Part shown: one piece after another, positions 29,386-39,161 of the stretch
How positions within the stretch are numbered: the stretch's first letter is position 1
Layout: every line of letters begins with the position of its first letter
DNA from: a virus
Length of the DNA stretch: 64,000 nt
Reading direction: 5' to 3' (one strand)
IMG/VR virus record: IMGVR_UViG_3300022934_002729
Location: 4,870 to 68,869 of that record
Made by a program: the position numbers and the translations under genes
Notes under the pieces: model-generated
What the model saw: the letters and a program-made list of their open reading frames with translations, nothing else
Database searches by the model: none
What the model was told of the DNA's origin: nothing

Positions 29386-29812
29386 TTACTTTATCTCCAC
29401 ATATTCCGTATATACCTGTTGTATCTTTTGGTAACGGTATATCTTCTAAGTCTAACCAAACTGCTCGTTTATGACGAGGAAAGTTGCCCGGATAACACCA
29501 TATGTGTCCATCGTTGGTTAGTGTAACTGTATCTTTGTCGTGCCAAAAGCAACGGGTACGCATGTCTAATAGTATTTGCAGTGCATCTAAATCCTTTGCA
29601 TGACACCATACACCAGTTTGTTGTAAAAAATTTGTGTTAGCAACTTGCAGTGGCTCGTCGTGTCCTAAGTATAGTATTCCACGATGTGCACGTACATCTA
29701 TTTCAACATCATATCCTTTGTCATAATATGCAAACTCTACATAGTCTTTAGTGTTCTCCCACGCAGGTTGTATGCCTTGCCAGTTACCTTTATGTGCTAT
29801 GAATTTAACCAT
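29372..29812 (-). CDS. Glycerophosphodiester phosphodiesterase-like small protein
   Basis: IAHKGN, EN, VEIDVR, LGHD, WCHAK. Confidence 0.7.
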   Translation of the reverse strand: MVKFIAHKGNWQGIQPAWENTKDYVEFAYYDKGYDVEIDVRAHRGILYLGHDEPLQVANTNFLQQTGVWCHAKDLDALQILLDMRTRCFWHDKDTVTLTNDGHIWCYPGNFPRHKRAVWLDLEDIPLPKDTTGIYGICGDKVNDKN

Positions 29813-30492
29813 AACTCTAAATCCTCTGGTGTTCCAACTCCATACATGCGTTCAATAGGAACCCTTACTACACGCCCGCCGACGGCAATAGTTTGATTGT
29901 ATGTTGGCGCAAGATAAAACTCACCATTTACACGTTCATTGTTTGCAATCATTCTATTAGCACTATTCTTAAATGTAATCCAATGACTCCAGTAATAGTG
30001 TCCACTTGTACCATATGTACTAATAGGATTCTTTTCTGCTACTTCTACAACTACATCATCTTCTGTTCTAGCATAACTCCATTTAGGATCACGTTCAGGA
30101 CAATCAAAAGTCATAATAACTCCGTCGTTATCCATTTGTTCGGTAAACAAACTACTATCCCAATCTATAAACTGATCACAGTTTGTAACAAACATAGCAT
30201 CTTCTGGGTTCATATAAGAGTCTGCTGTTAACACACTACAGGCTGCACCTTCTGTTAGTTCATCTAGTTCAACAACATGTGCACGTGGATAGTAGTCACG
30301 TATACCATCTGCTATGTTGTGCTCTTTTCGAGTAATAAAAATATGATTGTCAAATTCTAAATCAACACTTTCTACTGCTCGCACAAACATAGGTTTACCA
30401 CGTACATCTATTAGCGGTTTTGGTGTTGTATATCCTTGTTCACGAAAGCGACTACCTTCGCCTGCCATTGGCATAATTAAATTAAAGTTCAT
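29797..30492 (-). CDS. Sugar-phosphate nucleotidyltransferase (NTP_transferase)
   Basis: MPMAGEGSRF...PKPLI, TEGAACS, NCDQ, VAEK, NGEFY, GTPEDL. Confidence 0.88.
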   Translation of the reverse strand: MNFNLIMPMAGEGSRFREQGYTTPKPLIDVRGKPMFVRAVESVDLEFDNHIFITRKEHNIADGIRDYYPRAHVVELDELTEGAACSVLTADSYMNPEDAMFVTNCDQFIDWDSSLFTEQMDNDGVIMTFDCPERDPKWSYARTEDDVVVEVAEKNPISTYGTSGHYYWSHWITFKNSANRMIANNERVNGEFYLAPTYNQTIAVGGRVVRVPIERMYGVGTPEDLELWLNS

Positions 30493-31879
30493 GTCTTTTC
30501 CACCAATCGTGTAACTCTGTGTCGTTACGATATATATCTTCTAAGCGAATCGGTTCTTGTCTGATACGATCTAACTTATCTTGGAACCCTTTGCCATTTT
30601 TAAATTGTTGTTCATAAGTATCTGGCCATTGTTCAGCAAAGGTAGGTCTATTTTTCATTTCACGTAATGTATTAACTATACTCATTTGTCTATGTGTAGC
30701 ACGTGGCTCCATATATGCCAGTAGTTCATCAATTTTACGATCTAATATATGTCGTGGCCATGCAAACGGACTCATAACAATATCAGGGTGAAATGCAAAC
30801 ATAATTTTTGTTTCTACACTTACATCCAACTCACGACTCAGATCAAACAAGTCTTGTATGCTAAACATACCAGGTCCAGTAATTGTTAGATCAAATCTCA
30901 TTTTTTCATTTCCGCCTGGCAATAACAATCCTTGTTTAAAATTATCTAACCATTCTTCCCAGCGTATGCCTTTGCGTATAAATTCTACAATATCACCTGT
31001 ACCGTCGATACTTGCACACATTAGCCAGTCTTTAAACTGCGGCAAGTAATCGTATAAATTTTTACCATTGAATTCTACTCTAGATAGATTACTATTATAA
31101 CGTAAGTAACAATTTTTTGCACTATTATTATCTATCATTTCTTGTAATGCCCACCAATGTATGTCATACATCAAAGGCTCGCCGCCTACCCAATAAATTT
31201 CTTCTACAATGCCGTCACTGATTGCTTTTTTAAATTCAGGTTCAACTACATTACGCTGAAACAATGTCATTTTCTTTTTAACATCGTGTTGCATAAAAGG
31301 TTGGTTTTCTGGTGACCACATATTATGTTTTTTCTTTTCGGCTTCCCAACTAGAACTTAATTGTTCGCCACACATACGACATTTAAAATTACACAAATTA
31401 CTATAACGATAATCAAATGATATAGTAGGCATTGTTGTGTAACCTTCATCATCAGTACTATCAAATGCTTCTTGTATTTTGTCTCTGAAAAGAACACCTG
31501 TAAACCATTTGCGATAACTGCTAATACTAAGTATGTCGTCATTACAAACATCGCATTGCGAAATACGTTCACCAGCCATTAACTTTTTACGAATATTACG
31601 CATATACTCGCTGTTCCAGTGTTCTTCGAGTGTTACTGGATTAAACTCATCTGCTGCAGTTTTTGATTCTTTTATTTCACCGTAAGTTTCATCGTTTGTA
31701 GCATCAATATATTGTTTTTGAAAACTGTGTTCTTCACGACTAGCACAGCACATTCTACGTTCTCCTTGTGGAGAAATATATGTATGTGTCCATGGTGCCA
31801 TACAGAAAGTTTTGTTTTCACTTTCTTCTGCACAACTACCGTCATCGTTCCAAATTGGTATTTTTCTTTTGATTGTCAT
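30482..31879 (-). CDS. Radical SAM protein with N-terminal twitch/SPASM-like domain
   Basis: CMAPW...CC...CDVC, CNFKCRMC, VGGEP, YNSN, FIRKG. Confidence 0.93.
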   Translation of the reverse strand: MTIKRKIPIWNDDGSCAEESENKTFCMAPWTHTYISPQGERRMCCASREEHSFQKQYIDATNDETYGEIKESKTAADEFNPVTLEEHWNSEYMRNIRKKLMAGERISQCDVCNDDILSISSYRKWFTGVLFRDKIQEAFDSTDDEGYTTMPTISFDYRYSNLCNFKCRMCGEQLSSSWEAEKKKHNMWSPENQPFMQHDVKKKMTLFQRNVVEPEFKKAISDGIVEEIYWVGGEPLMYDIHWWALQEMIDNNSAKNCYLRYNSNLSRVEFNGKNLYDYLPQFKDWLMCASIDGTGDIVEFIRKGIRWEEWLDNFKQGLLLPGGNEKMRFDLTITGPGMFSIQDLFDLSRELDVSVETKIMFAFHPDIVMSPFAWPRHILDRKIDELLAYMEPRATHRQMSIVNTLREMKNRPTFAEQWPDTYEQQFKNGKGFQDKLDRIRQEPIRLEDIYRNDTELHDWWKRHEL

Positions 31880-31897
31880 GAGGATCCTATTTTGTAT

Positions 31898-31926
31898 AAT
31901 ATAACTTATTTTTTATCGGTTGTCAA
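31898..31926 (-). promoter_or_regulatory. Sigma70-like promoter TTGACA-N17-TATATT
   Basis: Minus strand ttgaca accgataaaaaataagt tatatt, then AGGA and ATG 31879. Confidence 0.6.
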
Positions 31927-32802
31927 CTCATACTGTTCACGTATATAGTTTGCCATTACATTTGCAATTGCTTGATATCCCATCTTAGAAGGATGTATTG
32001 TATATTGACTCCAAAATCCAGGATGATTATCAATACTGCGTCCTGCAACTTCATGCATAGGCACGCCATCAAATAAACACAGTTCTTCAACTGTGTTTAT
32101 ATAAAAGTCATATTTTTTTCTTTTTTCATCAGTAACTGGAAATATTCCATTTAATCCTAAAAAGTTAATAAAAACATGAGGTATACCTGCACGAGTTAGC
32201 AGTGCATCCATTGACAATATCCATTGTTGACATTTTAAATATCTAAGCCAATCTTGCTGTTCAACATAGTTTAGATACTGTCTTCCAAACTCACTGTCAG
32301 GATGCTTTAATGCATACTCTTCTCCCGATGGTGAGGCCAAGTTCATAACAACATATTGATTGTTATCATTGAAAAGATATTCTGTTGTTTTTACTTTTTC
32401 GACTCCTGTAAATCTCGGAGGTACACTTGCTATTTCTCTAAACGGTGAAGTTAATCCGACAATAGCCAGTGTACGTCCATTGGGTTTAAAGTTCTTTATG
32501 TGTTCTGCTATCCACAGATTCTGTGATTCGTAATCGGTATATACAGCTAGATCTGGGTTTAACCATTTATATATGTCAATGAACATACTTTGATTGCTGT
32601 TGCCCAATGTTGCTGCATTCATCACTGGTATGTTCAACTGTTCAGATAATCTAGCAGGATATGCAAAATTTCTATCAGTATAATTTCTCCAATCTTCGCC
32701 GTCGGGATATTCTTCTCTGTGATCCCAACTAGTCCTACCAGTTGCTGCACTGTCGTGACCTCTTGTAAAACTACAACCGAAACAAATTATTTTTTCAATC
32801 AT
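31906..32802 (-). CDS. SGNH/GDSL-like hydrolase or acyltransferase
   Basis: FGCSFTRG, NAATLGNSN, C-terminal IHPSKMGY; GGAG RBS. Confidence 0.65.
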   Translation of the reverse strand: MIEKIICFGCSFTRGHDSAATGRTSWDHREEYPDGEDWRNYTDRNFAYPARLSEQLNIPVMNAATLGNSNQSMFIDIYKWLNPDLAVYTDYESQNLWIAEHIKNFKPNGRTLAIVGLTSPFREIASVPPRFTGVEKVKTTEYLFNDNNQYVVMNLASPSGEEYALKHPDSEFGRQYLNYVEQQDWLRYLKCQQWILSMDALLTRAGIPHVFINFLGLNGIFPVTDEKRKKYDFYINTVEELCLFDGVPMHEVAGRSIDNHPGFWSQYTIHPSKMGYQAIANVMANYIREQYELTTDKK

Positions 32803-32812
32803 TGTATCTCCA

Positions 32813-32835
32813 ATAAATACGTATATAATATTTAT
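32813..32835. promoter_or_regulatory. Pair of opposed ATAAATA motifs between divergent genes
   Basis: Plus ATAAATA 32813-32819; minus ATAAATA 32835-32829; RBS-like AGGA (plus) and GGAG (minus). Confidence 0.5.
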
Positions 32836-32847
32836 CAGGAAAAATGT

Positions 32848-33918
32848 ATGAGAGTAGGATTACTATTAACAGGATTAGTTAATGATACTAAAACTATAAA
32901 ACATTTACAAAAGCAAATTGAATACTGGAACCAGTCTGGTATTGAAACAGAAATTTATAGTACATCATGGAGCGATACACACCGTTATCCTTGGAGTACT
33001 CCTACATTAAAAACTGATTACGGTAATCCTATACAAGACACTGCAGTTATTGATTATGCAGTAAGTACACTGAATCCAAACAGACATCTTGAATTACTAT
33101 ATTGCGATTTGTATGATAAATTTATCGAATATTGTAGTCAGTTTAATAGTAACCCATATAATAAAATTAATAGAGTTGCTAAGTCGCTAAGGAATTGCAG
33201 ATTTAATAAATTTGGAGATATAACTGAATTCGACGACTGGTGGATAACTTATACATGGTTTACAAGATTTGTATATTTTGTAAATCAAGCATACAGTTTA
33301 AGTCAAGTAATTAACATTGCACTTGATCAAACAAACCCTCCTCAAGTTTTTTTAAAATGGCGCTGGGATTTATTATGCAACTACCATCGTGACACTGAAA
33401 ATTTAATACATAGATTAGAAACAATGCAAAGACATGAAGGATATGGAATTCATTTTAATCGAGCATGGTTGTTTGGAGAAGAAACAAAAGACATAGAAAT
33501 TAAAGCAACAAGAATGCACGAAGTATGGCCATATGAAGATCAACCTATTTGCGTCGATGATACTTGGTTTATATTCAATGATATGACAGCAAATAATTTA
33601 CGTAAAATAATGAGCAAATATCTTGAGGTTTGGAATTTTGATGAACCACATCAACATCTTAATCTTTGGAGTGCAATCGGAAAAATACAATTACAGCGTG
33701 GCAGTTATACAACCGAACCAATGAGTAGGATACTAGTAAGATCAGGTGAGTTAATCGATGACCATTTTCATCGTAATACTGATAGATTTTTTGCACAACA
33801 ACAGCAAAATAATCAGTTAGCAAGCCCTATGAACAAATTAATGGCAAAAGCCAACGATGCTGAATTTAAAAAATATCTGTATCAAGCAATTAGCAGTTTT
33901 GATTGGAGCAGTCAATGA
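32848..33918 (+). CDS. Hypothetical protein, possibly glycosyltransferase-related (probable start ATG 32848)
   Basis: MRVGLLLTG...YSTSW...LKWRWD...DDTWF; same layout as the next ORF. Confidence 0.5.
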   Translation: MRVGLLLTGLVNDTKTIKHLQKQIEYWNQSGIETEIYSTSWSDTHRYPWSTPTLKTDYGNPIQDTAVIDYAVSTLNPNRHLELLYCDLYDKFIEYCSQFNSNPYNKINRVAKSLRNCRFNKFGDITEFDDWWITYTWFTRFVYFVNQAYSLSQVINIALDQTNPPQVFLKWRWDLLCNYHRDTENLIHRLETMQRHEGYGIHFNRAWLFGEETKDIEIKATRMHEVWPYEDQPICVDDTWFIFNDMTANNLRKIMSKYLEVWNFDEPHQHLNLWSAIGKIQLQRGSYTTEPMSRILVRSGELIDDHFHRNTDRFFAQQQQNNQLASPMNKLMAKANDAEFKKYLYQAISSFDWSSQ

Positions 33919-34814
33919 AAATAGCAATTGTATTATGCGGATTTCCTAGATTAGCAGAACACGTAGCAGGTTGGAGCCATCAAGTGTTTGCTGATTATTC
34001 AGTTGACTTTTATACTCATTTTTGGTATACAAATTGGCCAAACATGGGAACTGACCAAGCAACTGCATATAATGCAATTGATAGTATTAAGCCAATTGCA
34101 AGTACAGTTGATTGTTATGAAACTGCAGCATGGGACTTTATTGATCATGTTAGACAAAAACCTATAGAACCAAGAAGTGAATACTATTACAGTTGGCCTG
34201 ATGTTAGGATTTTCAATTATAACTTTCCGGGGCAGTTTATCAGTAGTTCACGTGCAGTAAATCTAGTAGAAAGTAACTATGATTTAATAATAAAAACTCG
34301 AAGTGATTGTATTCTTCCGATTGGTGCAAACGAATGGCTACAGGAACTAGTTGATTTAGTTAACAAAAACGATTGTGTGTATGAAAGTGGTTCAACAGTT
34401 GTAAATGAAGGCATTCCTTTTATTGGTTGGGATGCTGCTTTTTACGGAAATACATCAAGTACAAAAAATTATTTTCAACCAATGGAAGATAACCTCAAAG
34501 AACTTTTTTTAGAAAAAAGAAATTTTTACGACGATTGGCATTATAATGTTAATCAAACTAGAGCAAAAGTACATCCAGGACTAGCACACGTAACTTGGGC
34601 TAAACTTGCATTGCTAAGTAATACAGTAATAAGATCAAAACCTATATTTTTGCCAACTCCTATAGTAGCTAGACAAGAATTTGATTACACATGGACATGG
34701 TCCGAAATCGAAGAACATCAATATCAAACAACAGGCATCCAAGGATTTGAAATATTTAATAATATAAACTCTGCTGATTTAATTAATCGAGCAGGAAAAA
34801 TAAGGACAGCATAA
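33915..34814 (+). CDS. Hypothetical protein, possibly glycosyltransferase-related (probable start ATG 33915)
   Basis: MKIAIVLCGFPR...DFYTHFW...YDLIIKTRSD...D..FYG pattern; ATGA overlap with upstream stop. Confidence 0.55.
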   Translation: MKIAIVLCGFPRLAEHVAGWSHQVFADYSVDFYTHFWYTNWPNMGTDQATAYNAIDSIKPIASTVDCYETAAWDFIDHVRQKPIEPRSEYYYSWPDVRIFNYNFPGQFISSSRAVNLVESNYDLIIKTRSDCILPIGANEWLQELVDLVNKNDCVYESGSTVVNEGIPFIGWDAAFYGNTSSTKNYFQPMEDNLKELFLEKRNFYDDWHYNVNQTRAKVHPGLAHVTWAKLALLSNTVIRSKPIFLPTPIVARQEFDYTWTWSEIEEHQYQTTGIQGFEIFNNINSADLINRAGKIRTA

Positions 34815-35437
34815 TGAATATAGAGCAAGCACAACAACATGCACTAGCAAGTTTAAACGCAACAGAATTAACTCGCAGTGACTTTAATTATCTTATGATA
34901 CATGATTTATTTCCTGAAGATTTTTATCAGCAGTTAAAACAATTGCCTGTAGAAGAAACAGATGAAATTGTGCACAGTGTGTTTAACCACGAACCATTTG
35001 TACAAGCACTGGCACACAAGTTTGAGGATAGTCCTCGCCGTAGTGATACTATACGAAGTGTATATGCTTTCTGGCAACGTGCAGGAGCAGGTTATACACT
35101 AAAACCGCATGTAGACAGTTATCCTCGAGTGTTTACAATGACAGTATACCTAGCAGATGATAACGATACACCAGAGGCTGGCACTGCAGCATATCGTGTT
35201 GACCGCAGTACTCGTACTTGGGAAACAATTGGAATGATGGAATACCTACGTAATAGTTGCATGATCATAAGTCCGTACGATGACTTAACTTGGCACGGTG
35301 TAAATCTAATTGAAAAAGACATTGTACGTGATAGTGTTGTTTTAGTTTACAGTGCTGAAGAATGGAACGAATCGCAGATGCACTACGCTAACTGGAAGCC
35401 TGGAGAAACAGTAAACTATGTACTACCACAACAGTAA
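34814..35437 (+). CDS. Fe(II)/2OG oxygenase (prolyl-hydroxylase-like)
   Basis: YTLKPHVD (HxD), MTVYL, GT, TWHGV, R. Confidence 0.8.
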   Translation: MNIEQAQQHALASLNATELTRSDFNYLMIHDLFPEDFYQQLKQLPVEETDEIVHSVFNHEPFVQALAHKFEDSPRRSDTIRSVYAFWQRAGAGYTLKPHVDSYPRVFTMTVYLADDNDTPEAGTAAYRVDRSTRTWETIGMMEYLRNSCMIISPYDDLTWHGVNLIEKDIVRDSVVLVYSAEEWNESQMHYANWKPGETVNYVLPQQ

Positions 35438-35966
35438 ACAATATTTAGATAGATTTGAAAATCTACAAAATGGTTTTTATGAATATAGAGTTGACAATAC
35501 TGTAGTTAACTTGTATACTATTTTTGAAGATCGCAGTGGATGGATATGTACTACTGTAGTAGATTGGAATAACAATTTACATTGCACAGAAGCCGCAGTA
35601 GATAATGTTAAGCCACACGATTATGTTATCAATCAATTGCGAACAGATCAAGAGTATAATGTAATGGCAGTTGCTGAAGTTTTCAAAAGACCGTTTAATG
35701 AATGGTTACGTTATCCGCATATTATGTATGTGCATAACAGCATGAAAGAATACTCTAGTACTCGTATCACCAGTGAAATAGAAAATAGTAATATGATTAG
35801 TTTTGATTTAAATCAACCTCCTACACGTGTAGGACATAGTGCTCGTACAATTGGATTTGGCAATGGACAAGTTGGCGACACTGTGTTTGGATTCGGCGGC
35901 ATTGATAGTGATGGTTTTTTTCAAAGTTTTAGTGGCAGTGGCAGAGGATTAGTATACGTAAGATGA
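35418..35966 (+). CDS. Hypothetical protein
   Basis: 182 aa ORF overlapping both co-oriented neighbours; Gly-rich C-terminus. Confidence 0.6.
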   Translation: MYYHNSKQYLDRFENLQNGFYEYRVDNTVVNLYTIFEDRSGWICTTVVDWNNNLHCTEAAVDNVKPHDYVINQLRTDQEYNVMAVAEVFKRPFNEWLRYPHIMYVHNSMKEYSSTRITSEIENSNMISFDLNQPPTRVGHSARTIGFGNGQVGDTVFGFGGIDSDGFFQSFSGSGRGLVYVR

Positions 35967-37147
35967 GTAAAATATATTGTCCATATGCTTTTAATGCAAT
36001 GGAAATAACAACAGGTGGTGCATTTAGTCCGTGTTGTATAAGTAGCAAAGAATTTAAAGACGAAAGCGGCGATCGTTATCATGCTGGTAGTAGCAGTATT
36101 GGTAAAGTTTATGCTAGTAGTGACAGACGACATTGGATCGAGCAGTTTGATATGAACTTTAAAACAGACTGCAAACAATGTTGGGAAGTTGAAAAAAGCG
36201 GAGGCGAAAGCAAAAGACTACGTGAAATTAAATATTGGAAACTATACTACGACAGTTTAGGCGAACGTGTGCCGGTTATTAATATCGACACGCCGCTAGA
36301 AGTGCTAGATTTAAAACTAGGCAATACTTGTAACTTGGCTTGTGCTACTTGTGATCCTGTTAGTAGCAGTCGCTGGAACAGCATTATCAAAGGATTTACA
36401 GGCGATTTTCCTGTACAGCCGCAGCGTTGGCAAGATACTGATGACTTTTGGGAAGGTTTAAATGACAGTATTGATCATGTAAAGAAAATTGAAATTGCAG
36501 GCGGCGAACCTTTTATGGTTAAAAAGCAACGAGTGCTACTTGATTATCTAATAGACAATAATATTGCACAGCATGTAGACATTACTTGGATTACAAACAG
36601 TACACACTACGAACAAGACATTGTAGATAAATTTAAACATTTCAAACAGGTACGTGTAATGGTCAGTTTAGATAACACACATGAACAGTTTGAATATATG
36701 CGTTATCCTGCTAAATGGGATTATGCATATAATATTTTTCAAAAGTTTATCAAACTACACAGAGAAAACAAAATCATGCTTGGACTCAGTTACACTATCA
36801 GTGCATTGAACATATATCGTGCACCTGACATGTGGCAGTTTGCACGTGATCATCAAACACCAATTTTTAACAATCTTGTAATGCAACCGTTTCATTGTAA
36901 AAATTTGCCTGAAGCATATAAACAAATTGTACGAGAAAGATTAGAATCAGTTGAGGATCCTGCATATCAAACAAACCCTGCAGTAGGCAAAGACAATTGG
37001 CTAGTTAACTTCTTGATGCAACCAGCAGACACAGACGAATACACACGAAACAGTATAAAACACAGAATGGATTTGGTTACTCGTAGTAGACCCGGGCTAG
37101 GAGAAACAGCGTTTCCTGAACTCGTTGGAATATGGGAAGGATTATAA
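35963..37147 (+). CDS. Radical SAM protein with N-terminal twitch/SPASM-like domain
   Basis: CPYAF...PCC...CKQC, CNLACATC, AGGEP, ITNS, YMRYP. Confidence 0.92.
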   Translation: MSKIYCPYAFNAMEITTGGAFSPCCISSKEFKDESGDRYHAGSSSIGKVYASSDRRHWIEQFDMNFKTDCKQCWEVEKSGGESKRLREIKYWKLYYDSLGERVPVINIDTPLEVLDLKLGNTCNLACATCDPVSSSRWNSIIKGFTGDFPVQPQRWQDTDDFWEGLNDSIDHVKKIEIAGGEPFMVKKQRVLLDYLIDNNIAQHVDITWITNSTHYEQDIVDKFKHFKQVRVMVSLDNTHEQFEYMRYPAKWDYAYNIFQKFIKLHRENKIMLGLSYTISALNIYRAPDMWQFARDHQTPIFNNLVMQPFHCKNLPEAYKQIVRERLESVEDPAYQTNPAVGKDNWLVNFLMQPADTDEYTRNSIKHRMDLVTRSRPGLGETAFPELVGIWEGL

Positions 37148-37995
37148 TGTTAGGATTTAACAAAAGCACACCTAAACGTATGTTTGTACTCGGGTGTAGT
37201 CATTTAAGTGGAGCATACGATATAAATGATCAGAACGCAGGAGAGCAAAGTTATGCATGGCATCTTTGGAATCTACGAGGACAAAAAGATATTATGTATA
37301 CTATGCCTAATCCAGGTGAAGGGTTACAGATGTATGCTACAATTATAAATTACATGGAAGTAACTGGTCAAATCGAAAGATTTGATCGTTATTTAATACA
37401 ACTAACAGCCGAACCTAGAATAAGTTATTTTAATAATTCACACGATCAAGAATTTTATTTTAAAAATTTAGATTTATTTTTACAAGAAAAAAATCCATTC
37501 AACGACGGTCGTACTCTTAGTTATTTGTACAGCAAAGAAGGCACCGGCTGGACTACTAATAATCAACAAATCACAAATGTACACAGAAAATTATACGAAA
37601 AACATGAAAATAGATTTAGAACCACCGAAGGAAAAAATGCTTGGCTTGATGTTAGTGAAAACATGACCAGTGGATTAAACGACCCAGGCTTACTATTACA
37701 AAATTTAACTCACGTGTACTATCGATTTATTATTGATACTTTAAAAAAGTATAACAGAGAAGTATGTATGTTTACCTGGTGGGGTAATCAAGGATTTACT
37801 AATTTACATAAAAAACAAACTGATCCGTGGATATTTAACAAACACAATGGTAGTATTAGTAGTAGTATGAAATCTGTTAATAAATGGTTTCCTAGAGAAG
37901 AACTTAGTAAAGGTGCTCATTTAAACGGTGAACAAAGTTTAATAGTTGCCGAACACTTGCATCAAGAAATAAATCGCAAGGGATATTTTAAATGA
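37132..37995 (+). CDS. SGNH/GDSL-like protein (start may be ATG 37147)
   Basis: LGCSHLSG block I, PGEG, C-terminal GAHLNG. Confidence 0.5.
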   Translation: MGRIIMLGFNKSTPKRMFVLGCSHLSGAYDINDQNAGEQSYAWHLWNLRGQKDIMYTMPNPGEGLQMYATIINYMEVTGQIERFDRYLIQLTAEPRISYFNNSHDQEFYFKNLDLFLQEKNPFNDGRTLSYLYSKEGTGWTTNNQQITNVHRKLYEKHENRFRTTEGKNAWLDVSENMTSGLNDPGLLLQNLTHVYYRFIIDTLKKYNREVCMFTWWGNQGFTNLHKKQTDPWIFNKHNGSISSSMKSVNKWFPREELSKGAHLNGEQSLIVAEHLHQEINRKGYFK

Positions 37996-39161
37996 ATAAA
38001 GCAATGTGTGTGGCTCCTTGGCTACACGTACACGTTGAACCAACTGGTGACGTTCAGTTGTGTTGTGCTAGTAATCTTAAACACGATCACAACGAAAGTA
38101 TGGGAAATCTAAATACAAGCACACCTGAAGAAATTTGGAATAACGAACGTTATCGTGAAGTTCGTCGTCATATGCTACAGAACAGATTACTTGGAAAATA
38201 TTGTAGTGCTTGTTATCAGCGTGAAGACGGAAGTATAAACTGGACCGAAAGACAAAGATTAAACAAAGAATTTCCAATTGGATTTGATTTTGCAAAGCAA
38301 ACTGATATCGACGGTAGTTTTAATAAAATCGACATACGTTACTTAGATATACGTTTTAATAATTTATGTAATTTAAAATGTAGAACATGTGGTCCACATT
38401 GGAGTACACAATGGGCTACTGAAATGGGGCTCGACGATACTGTACAGTATAATCGCAGTTGGCAAAAATTAATACCATATCTTGACAATTTAGAAAAAGT
38501 ATATTTTGCAGGAGGTGAGCCTCTTATGCAACGTGAACACTATGACTTTTTAGAACATTTACTTGAAAAAAATCCTAATGTACAATTACTGTATACCAGT
38601 AACTTTACTAGATTAAAACTAGGAAACAGACATGTTATGGATTATTGGTCTCAATTTAGATTAGTAGAAGCCGTTGCTAGTATTGATCATTTTGGCAAAC
38701 ATGCTGCTTATGTAAGAACAGGCAGTGACTATGAAAATATAAAACAAAATATTCAAGAAGTAAAGTCATACGGTATTAATACAGTACGTCCTAGTGTTAC
38801 TAGTGTACTAAGTTTATATAATGTTACTCGCATTGGTGATTTTGTAAAACAACTTTGGCAAGATGACATTATTTCTGATATGCGTCAAATTGTTTTTAAT
38901 ATGTTGGTAAATCCTGCAAAACAAAATGCACTGATTATGCCAGAACGTGCACGTGACCTTGCACTTGAAAACATACAACAAGGTATTGACTTTGTACAAG
39001 AAAAAGGCGACGATCCTGAGAAACTTATATCAATGCAAAAATGGATCGAACATCACTGGCAGCACGATGCCGAACTGTTTAAACAATTTGTTGAATACAA
39101 CTTACATCTTGACAAGATTAGAAATACTCGGTTTGAAGATTTTTATCCTGAATTTGTATAA
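37992..39161 (+). CDS. Radical SAM protein with N-terminal twitch/SPASM-like domain
   Basis: CVAPW...CC...CSAC, CNLKCRTC, AGGEP, YTSN, YVRTG. Confidence 0.93.
   Translation: MNKAMCVAPWLHVHVEPTGDVQLCCASNLKHDHNESMGNLNTSTPEEIWNNERYREVRRHMLQNRLLGKYCSACYQREDGSINWTERQRLNKEFPIGFDFAKQTDIDGSFNKIDIRYLDIRFNNLCNLKCRTCGPHWSTQWATEMGLDDTVQYNRSWQKLIPYLDNLEKVYFAGGEPLMQREHYDFLEHLLEKNPNVQLLYTSNFTRLKLGNRHVMDYWSQFRLVEAVASIDHFGKHAAYVRTGSDYENIKQNIQEVKSYGINTVRPSVTSVLSLYNVTRIGDFVKQLWQDDIISDMRQIVFNMLVNPAKQNALIMPERARDLALENIQQGIDFVQEKGDDPEKLISMQKWIEHHWQHDAELFKQFVEYNLHLDKIRNTRFEDFYPEFV

Noticed and set aside
32719-32847. Upstream extension of ORF 32719..33918
   Set aside because: It overlaps the divergent gene ending at 32802; ATG 32848 has an AGGA RBS-like sequence and aligns with the start of the next ORF.
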